DNA of 64,000 nucleotides from a virus, in the IMG/VR virus record IMGVR_UViG_3300009104_000009, positions 19,892 through 83,891 of that record; one strand, written 5' to 3'. Below, one piece after another: positions 58,395-64,000 of the stretch. The notes under the pieces are model-generated. The model was not told the origin of the DNA. It did no database searches and worked only from the letters and a program-made list of their open reading frames with translations. Positions within the stretch are counted from its first letter, which is position 1; the number at the start of each line of letters is the position of its first letter. Both the position numbers and the translations under genes were made by a program.

Positions 58395-58571
58395 ATGGAA
58401 GTAGAGTATTGCATTCAATGTGGGGAAGCTACTCCATATAAAAAAACAGATCATGTAGATGCTAGAAAAGGTTATATTGAAGGGTCTGGTCAACTTTGTA
58501 TTGATTGTCATGCGGAAATATACTGGGATTCAGAAGAAAAGCCGGATAGTGGTTATTGGTTAGATGGGTGA
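58395..58571 (+). CDS. small zinc-finger protein (not in ORF track)
   Basis: CIQCG...RKGYIEGSGQLCIDC. Confidence 0.65.
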   Translation: MEVEYCIQCGEATPYKKTDHVDARKGYIEGSGQLCIDCHAEIYWDSEEKPDSGYWLDG

Positions 58572-58920
58572 AAAGAATATAGTATGGAAAGGTGAATTTG
58601 AAATAGATCTCGTTAAACAAGATAGTTTAACGGTAATGCGTCATCATGCAGCCCAACAAATAAAAAAATTACAAGAGCATGCGGACCTTTTAGTTGATCA
58701 AGTAAAAGAAATTGTTGAAAGAGTGAAGTTAGCAGAGAAGATATCAACTGCAGAGTATGGGTTTAAACCTGTACACTTAAAAGAATATTATCTATATGAA
58801 AAAGATGATAGGCTGGTATTAACATTAATATCACCAGAGGAATGGAAAACAGAATCACCATATGGAAAGTGTGTTGCTAAAGTAAGACAGTTAGGAGATT
58901 CAACATGGGAAAAATTATAA
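58564..58920 (+). CDS. DUF2452-like protein
   Basis: A.YGFKPV....YYLY....LTLISPEEW...D.TWE. Confidence 0.6.
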   Translation: MGEKNIVWKGEFEIDLVKQDSLTVMRHHAAQQIKKLQEHADLLVDQVKEIVERVKLAEKISTAEYGFKPVHLKEYYLYEKDDRLVLTLISPEEWKTESPYGKCVAKVRQLGDSTWEKL

Positions 58921-59020
58921 TAGGAATATTAATAATAATATTAGCCAGTCTTCCTATAACTTGTATGACCTTAATAACTGATTCCTACGATGTTCCGATT
59001 AATTTTTATGTAAGATAGAT

Positions 59021-59662
59021 ATGATCGATATACTCAGAGCATCTGAAACAGCCGGTAAATGCCAGCGAAACTGGTCTCCAGAACCGGTTGAAGAATCTGA
59101 TATAAAAACTATTGTTGATTCTTGTATGAATATGCCAACTAAACAAAACGTAACAATGTATGAGTTGTGCGTTATAACTGATAAGGATACAAGAGAACAA
59201 TTATATGACACATCTTATGTTCCTGAATTACGTTTGCATCCAGCAGGTAGCCGCGGCCAGTGGCGTAATGGTCAAATGCTTGCGCCATTGTTATTCATGT
59301 GGTTTTTTACAAGTTATGAAAATTCAAGGCGAAATCAACCTGAGGAAGTTTTCGATGATTCAACTATTCATACTGATCAAACATGTTTGAATGCTGGTAT
59401 AAGTATGGGTGCTGCCGCGTTAGCTGCTACTCAACTCGGATATAGTGTAGGATTTAATTGTTGTACCGGCAACGAAGAAGCCTGGCATGAGATGGCAAAA
59501 AAGTATAATAATGATATCGGACCGTTTATTTGCGCATTAGGTATAGGGAAACCTATTCCAAGTAAAGCAAGAAATATTGTGATTAAAAATAAACACCTCG
59601 AATCTGATCTAATAGTTTCAACTGAAGCCCATAGAAAACAAAAACTAGTTCATTATATATAA
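59021..59662 (+). CDS. nitroreductase-family protein
   Basis: CQRNW, PTKQN, AGISMG...LGYSVGFNCC, LGIG. Confidence 0.78.
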   Translation: MIDILRASETAGKCQRNWSPEPVEESDIKTIVDSCMNMPTKQNVTMYELCVITDKDTREQLYDTSYVPELRLHPAGSRGQWRNGQMLAPLLFMWFFTSYENSRRNQPEEVFDDSTIHTDQTCLNAGISMGAAALAATQLGYSVGFNCCTGNEEAWHEMAKKYNNDIGPFICALGIGKPIPSKARNIVIKNKHLESDLIVSTEAHRKQKLVHYI

Positions 59663-59665
59663 ATA
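59658..59665 (+). promoter_or_regulatory. T4-type late promoter
   Basis: TATAAATA upstream of a GGAGG SD and the ATG at 59682. Confidence 0.7.
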
Positions 59666-59681
59666 GTTTAGAGGAGGTGTT

Positions 59682-59855
59682 ATGTCGAAATTTTATAATC
59701 CTAGTGAATATGATATTACAGGATTTGGTAACAATAGAAGGTATGTGCGAATTACGGATGAAGAAAAACGTAAACGTGCTGCTAAAAAGAATAAGAAAAC
59801 CAAGAAACGAAAAGAACACATCCACAAGAATTGGGATAAAGACTTGTGGGATTAA
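59682..59855 (+). CDS. small basic protein (57 aa; replaces ORF-track 59677-59889)
   Basis: GAGGAGGT SD; MSKFYNPSEYDITGFGNNRRY...KDLWD. Confidence 0.65.
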   Translation: MSKFYNPSEYDITGFGNNRRYVRITDEEKRKRAAKKNKKTKKRKEHIHKNWDKDLWD

Positions 59856-59866
59856 CGGAGAAAGTT

Positions 59867-59953
59867 ATGTGCGAAAACGAACATTGTAAAGCAGAAAATT
59901 GTACTTGCGATCCTTGTGAATGTACACCAGAACATTGCTGTGATTGCGATTAG
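59867..59953 (+). CDS. metallothionein-like peptide (28 aa, 9 Cys, 2 His; not in ORF track)
   Basis: GGAG SD; MCENEHCKAENCTCDPCECTPEHCCDCD. Confidence 0.7.
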   Translation: MCENEHCKAENCTCDPCECTPEHCCDCD

Positions 59954-59962
59954 TGGGAATGA

Positions 59963-60103
59963 ATGGCAAAACCAAAAAAGTTAGCTAGTATAGAAAGAAA
60001 AAATCCTACACCAAAAAGAACTAGTATAGGTAGGTCTAATAAGTCCAGACCAAAGAACAAGCACAAGAGAAGTGCGTGGAAGAAATATCGTGGTCAAGGA
60101 TGA
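59963..60103 (+). CDS. small basic T4-like protein ending KKYRGQG (not in ORF track)
   Basis: PKRTSIG...KNKHKR...KKYRGQG. Confidence 0.7.
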   Translation: MAKPKKLASIERKNPTPKRTSIGRSNKSRPKNKHKRSAWKKYRGQG

Positions 60104-60229
60104 TGAAGGAAAACATTATTATATACCCCCTAATAGTAGAAAAGATTTTTATATTGAAACTGTATTAAGATATAAAACTTCTGATGGGTATACAGGCAGT
60201 ATAGTAAAAATTAGATCAAAAAAGGACAA

Positions 60230-60595
60230 ATGAAATATGCTTTTGATATAGATGGTACTATTTGTACTAATAGAGATACTGTAAGAAAAGAAACCGGTGA
60301 TGAAAATATATCATATCTAGATATGGAACCGTTTCAAGAACGTATCGATTATATAAATTCATTATATGATGAAGGGCATTATATTTTAATGTGGACCGGT
60401 AGAGGATGTGAAAGTTATAAGGAGAACCCGGAATATTGGAAACCCGATACAGAAAAACAATTAAAAGAATGGGGTCTTAAATATCACGAGTTAATCGTAG
60501 GGATGAAACCATTTTTTGATGTTTATATCTGTGATAAGTCTTATAATTCAGAAGCATGGTTCCCTATTATGAAATTAGTTAATGATAAAGATTAA
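60230..60595 (+). CDS. HAD-superfamily phosphatase-like protein
   Basis: FDIDGTIC, WTGRG, KP..D.YICDK. Confidence 0.8.
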   Translation: MKYAFDIDGTICTNRDTVRKETGDENISYLDMEPFQERIDYINSLYDEGHYILMWTGRGCESYKENPEYWKPDTEKQLKEWGLKYHELIVGMKPFFDVYICDKSYNSEAWFPIMKLVNDKD

Positions 60596-60601
60596 AGGTT
60601 G

Positions 60602-60609
60602 TATAAATA
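60602..60609 (+). promoter_or_regulatory. T4-type late promoter
   Basis: TATAAATA upstream of the core-protein gene. Confidence 0.7.
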
Positions 60610-60658
60610 TACCATATAACGCCAAATATAACTGACAATTATTTAACGGAGTGTAACG

Positions 60659-61588
60659 ATGTCGGAAGTAGATGTTAAAGAAACAGTAGATAATGAAGAA
60701 CAGATTGAAAAAGCTCCCGCGGAAGAACTGGTAGAATTAATTCTATCCGGTGAGTTACACGCGGCTAATCAGAAGTTTAATTCTATTGTAGAAGCTAAAG
60801 TAATCGAGAAAATCGAAGAAGAAAAGCATAAAATTTCTCAAACATTATTTGCAGAAGATGATGATGAAGAGGAAGGTGAAGACGACGATGATGAAAAGAA
60901 AAAAGATAAAGATGAAGTCGATGAAGCCAAAGCTAAAGTAAAAGAAGATGATGAAGAAGATAGTGATGACGACGATGAAGATAGTGATGACGACGATGAA
61001 GATGAAGATCCCGTTGGAGATCCTAAAAAAGCTGATGAAGGAAAAATTCCACCCCAGTTTCTAAAAAAAGGAAAAGGGGATGATGACGATGATTCCGAAG
61101 AAGACGATAAGGATGAAAAAGAACCTGTCGATGAAATTTCAAAGGGTCTCGCGCAACGTGCAGCACAGAAGGCAAGTGATCGCCATGCTAGCGCAGTGAG
61201 CTCTCAACTGAGAGGTGACGATTCCGCAAGAGTGAAAAGGAGCTTGGCAAAAAGCGGAAGGCAAGATGACAAATTCAGTGCATATGCCGCACACAAGTCC
61301 CAAGGTAGCTCAATAGATGACCCTGGTAAAGAAAAAGGTGTTGGAAGTCGAACAAAAGATCCAAAACGTAAAAAAGAATTAATAGATAAGGCCTCTGCTA
61401 AAGCTGCAAAAGCAGCAAACAAATTCGCAAAAAAGCGAATACGAGACGACGAGAGCGGAGATTATTTTAAAGATGAAGTATCTCCGGAGACTTCTTTCGA
61501 TCCAGGTGAAGCAAGTGCTAACGTAGAACTTCCTAAAGATTCTTTTGTGGCTCAAGTAGCAGCACATCTAAGCGGACAACGTCTATAA
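60659..61588 (+). CDS. acidic prohead core protein (gp67-like N-terminal domain with extensions)
   Basis: LVELILSGEL..A.QKF..IVEAKV...IEEEK..I.Q.LF followed by a D/E tract; late promoter upstream. Confidence 0.6.
   Translation: MSEVDVKETVDNEEQIEKAPAEELVELILSGELHAANQKFNSIVEAKVIEKIEEEKHKISQTLFAEDDDEEEGEDDDDEKKKDKDEVDEAKAKVKEDDEEDSDDDDEDSDDDDEDEDPVGDPKKADEGKIPPQFLKKGKGDDDDDSEEDDKDEKEPVDEISKGLAQRAAQKASDRHASAVSSQLRGDDSARVKRSLAKSGRQDDKFSAYAAHKSQGSSIDDPGKEKGVGSRTKDPKRKKELIDKASAKAAKAANKFAKKRIRDDESGDYFKDEVSPETSFDPGEASANVELPKDSFVAQVAAHLSGQRL
60956..61003 (+). repeat. 21-nt tandem repeat (EDSDDDD x2)
   Basis: GAAGATAGTGATGACGACGAT occurs twice in tandem. Confidence 0.85.
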
Positions 61589-61594
61589 GGTAGA

Positions 61595-61795
61595 ATGAAC
61601 ATTTGGGTAGAGTATTTTAGAGTTATAGATAACAGTAAAAATACTCATGCCCAAATGAGAGAGCAAGCCAAGTGGGTTGAACCAGACCCTAAAGATGTTA
61701 ATAAAAGGTTTTGCCAAAGTAGAGATGATGCTGTAAGGTTCGCGAATAGTATGCAAGAACAAGGGTATCATGCAACGATAAAAACAGATAGGTGA
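61595..61795 (+). CDS. hypothetical protein
   Basis: 66-aa ORF within the operon. Confidence 0.6.
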   Translation: MNIWVEYFRVIDNSKNTHAQMREQAKWVEPDPKDVNKRFCQSRDDAVRFANSMQEQGYHATIKTDR

Positions 61796-61796
61796 A

Positions 61797-62045
61797 ATGA
61801 ATATTCAATTAGATAATGTTCTAGTGAGACATCAATCAGTTCCCGATTGCGATTGGTGTGATAAGTCAAAAGATTTGTTAAATCAAAAAGGTATCAAATA
61901 TACAATCATAGATAGCGATAAAAAGTTTTTTGGTAGACTTATGCAACATACTAAGAGTAAAAAAGTCCCCCAAATAATTTTAAATGGTGAATATATTGGT
62001 GACTATAACGATCTCCTAGAACATTTTAACTCAGAAGAAGTATAA
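61797..62045 (+). CDS. glutaredoxin
   Basis: CDWC, VPQI, YIGDY. Confidence 0.88.
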   Translation: MNIQLDNVLVRHQSVPDCDWCDKSKDLLNQKGIKYTIIDSDKKFFGRLMQHTKSKKVPQIILNGEYIGDYNDLLEHFNSEEV

Positions 62046-62054
62046 TTCGTAAAC

Positions 62055-62774
62055 GTGATTACAATCATATGTTCTCTTTTTAAAGGGGCTAATCACGGTC
62101 TACCTCATTCAGCGGATATATATTCACCCGAAGATGCGGATAAGTTAGCCCGTGGATTAAAAAGAAATATAACTGTACCTTATGAATTGGTATGCTTAGT
62201 CGATGAAGATTATAAATTTGAAGAATCGATTTGGTCTATCCCCTTCCTTGAACCTGATGCACCAGGTTGGTCTCTCCTAGCAGAATTTTATAGACCCGAC
62301 ATTACAACAAATCGTAGAATGACCATTGGTTTAGATACGATCATTTGTTCTAACATAGATGACATTCTTTCTTTTCCTTTAGATATTGGATTATTAACAG
62401 ACCCGGTAGCTGGTGTAGGAATAGTACAAACAGATGAGGTATGTAATGCTATAAGTATGGTTAGTGATAAAACATCTAATTATATTTGGGATGTTTGGAC
62501 TAATAAAAGAGAATGGGTTTTAGAACATTGTAGATTAGCTCCATGGGATACTCCATCAGAATTATCAATGATGAGGAAATTATTTAATGCTGATGGGAAA
62601 TGTCCTAGGATAGATATAGGTTTTCCTAATAGAATTATTAGTTATAAAAGTCATTTAATGAAGAATCCTGACTTATTAAGAACTGCGAGTATGGTATATT
62701 TTCACGGTAAGCCCAAAATACATCAGCTATTACCAAAACAATTTAATGTAGAGTTATTGAAACATTGGATTTAA
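62055..62774 (+). CDS. glycosyltransferase-like protein (GT-A)
   Basis: LKRN....YELVCLVD, GLDTII..NIDD, YFHGKPK. Confidence 0.65.
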   Translation: MITIICSLFKGANHGLPHSADIYSPEDADKLARGLKRNITVPYELVCLVDEDYKFEESIWSIPFLEPDAPGWSLLAEFYRPDITTNRRMTIGLDTIICSNIDDILSFPLDIGLLTDPVAGVGIVQTDEVCNAISMVSDKTSNYIWDVWTNKREWVLEHCRLAPWDTPSELSMMRKLFNADGKCPRIDIGFPNRIISYKSHLMKNPDLLRTASMVYFHGKPKIHQLLPKQFNVELLKHWI

Positions 62775-62832
62775 GCACAATCATAAATAGACTAGTAAAG
62801 TATTATTTGTAAACGAAACAGTTAGGATAACA

Positions 62833-64000
62833 ATGGCTAAAGAAGAAGTAGAAGTAAAGAAAAAAGCGAGCGTAGGTAATGAAGATGTGGGCGCAAGTGC
62901 TGGAGCTGAAGCTCATGCCGGGGCCGAAGTAACAGATTCAAGTGTTAGTGCTGAAGCTGGTGTTAGTGCTGGAGCAGAAGCTCACGCAGGGACAACTGTA
63001 GGTGGTGTAGACATGGAAGCTGAAGCGCATGTTGAAGCAGAAGCTCATGCTGAGGCTAGTGCCGAAGTAACAGATACAGATGTGGTTGCATCAGCAGAAG
63101 TTGGTGCAAGTGTAGAAGCCGGAGTAGAGGCAGGAATAGGACATACAGAAAATGTTGATCTCGGTGGTGTAACTGATATTGACGTTGGAGCAGAAACTTC
63201 AGTAGGCGCAACTGCAGAAGCACATATGGGCGCAGAAGCAGGAGGCCAAGTTGGACTTCATGGCGCAGAGGGACATGCCGGTGCAGAAATTGGAGCGAGT
63301 GTAGGAGTAGAATCAGAATCATCCGTTCAAGTAGGGGCCGCTGAAGCAACAGGAAGCGCAGGAGTAAATGTTGGATTACAAGCTGGCGCTGAAGTTGGTG
63401 GTGGAGCAACTTTCGATGAAGGACATCTTACAATGGGAATCGAAGGTGATGTAGCATTACTTGCTGGTGTTGAGTTAGATTTAGAAGTTGATATTGATAC
63501 TAATGAATTAGCATCTGAAGCAAAGGATGTCGCTGAAGCAATCGCAAAGACAAAAGAAGCTCAAGCTGTGGCCGAAGCTGTAGGTAAAGCCGCGGATGAA
63601 GCATATGATGCGGTAGCCAAAGAAGCAGAAGCCGCAGTATCAGTTGCGGAGAATTTATTAAAACAATCCACGGCGGAAAAAGCTAATGCCGCGGTACAAA
63701 AGATCGCAACAGAAAAAGCAAAAGAAGCGGAGGCGTTAGCTAAAGAAAGAGCGAAAGCGATCGCTAAAGCCGCCGAAGAAGGAAGGAAGAGAGTAGAGGA
63801 AGAAGCACGTAAAGAAAAAGAAGCCGCCGAGGCCGCAATTAAAGCCGCGCAAGATGAATATGAAAGAGAAGCCGCTAAAAGAGCCGCCGCCGCAAAAGAA
63901 GAAGCGCGACGACTTCAAGAAGAAGCTGACGAGAGAGCACGTCAAGCCGCGGAGAAACTTCATGCGGAACAAGTAGCGGCCGCAGAAGCCGCAAGGAAAG
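62833..64000 (+). CDS. large late protein with alternating Ala/Gly beta-strand domain and coiled coil; runs off the window end (not in ORF track)
   Basis: CATAAATA at 62782 and an AGGA SD. Reads MAKEEVEVKKKASVGNEDVGASAGAEAHAGAEV..., then EAK-rich helices, with no stop before 64000. Confidence 0.8.
   Translation, partial: MAKEEVEVKKKASVGNEDVGASAGAEAHAGAEVTDSSVSAEAGVSAGAEAHAGTTVGGVDMEAEAHVEAEAHAEASAEVTDTDVVASAEVGASVEAGVEAGIGHTENVDLGGVTDIDVGAETSVGATAEAHMGAEAGGQVGLHGAEGHAGAEIGASVGVESESSVQVGAAEATGSAGVNVGLQAGAEVGGGATFDEGHLTMGIEGDVALLAGVELDLEVDIDTNELASEAKDVAEAIAKTKEAQAVAEAVGKAADEAYDAVAKEAEAAVSVAENLLKQSTAEKANAAVQKIATEKAKEAEALAKERAKAIAKAAEEGRKRVEEEARKEKEAAEAAIKAAQDEYEREAAKRAAAAKEEARRLQEEADERARQAAEKLHAEQVAAAEAARK

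Noticed and set aside
59677-59889. ORF-track 70-aa protein
   Set aside because: Its GTG start lies inside the SD; the frame starting at ATG 59682 fits the SD and leaves room for the 59867 gene.
699-63972. All minus-strand ORFs in the track
   Set aside because: They are short antisense shadows of + strand genes or of the structured-RNA island, with no motifs or RBS.
1-64000. Genome-wide stop-codon reassignment
   Set aside because: Conserved genes translate fully in code 11 and end at TGA, TAG or TAA, often with ATGA overlaps.

Overview
This is a 64-kb AT-rich segment of a large T4-like (myovirus-type) bacteriophage genome, probably aquatic or marine; every credible gene is on the + strand. 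T4-like hallmarks are gp47/gp46, a gp67-like acidic core protein, TATAAATA late promoters and several proteins starting with a T4 capsid-targeting-like sequence (MKxFxxF). The window also carries a virion fibre/decoration block (5.1-15.2 kb) and many auxiliary genes: peptide deformylase, QueD/QueE, bS21, IscU, two IscA, a CDGSH protein, HtrA, ClpP, SpeD, a SET protein, PyrE/PyrD/PyrF/Prs and glutaredoxin. There is a sugar-modification cluster (DegT aminotransferase, amidinotransferase, StrG-like protein, B12 radical SAM, glycosyltransferase-like genes), four tRNAs (Asn, Tyr, Gly, Asp) and several unannotated structured RNAs. The top finding is two genes missed or split by the ORF caller that appear to be selenoproteins. 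One is an Rdx/SelW-family gene with CSSU (41497-41730). The other is a capsid-targeting-signal protein with HN-U-ATHV (38479-38976). In both, a hairpin begins 15 nt after the in-frame UGA and has AAGU at +21..+24, which points to a shared SECIS-like design. All calls come from motif reading only; no database searches were run.
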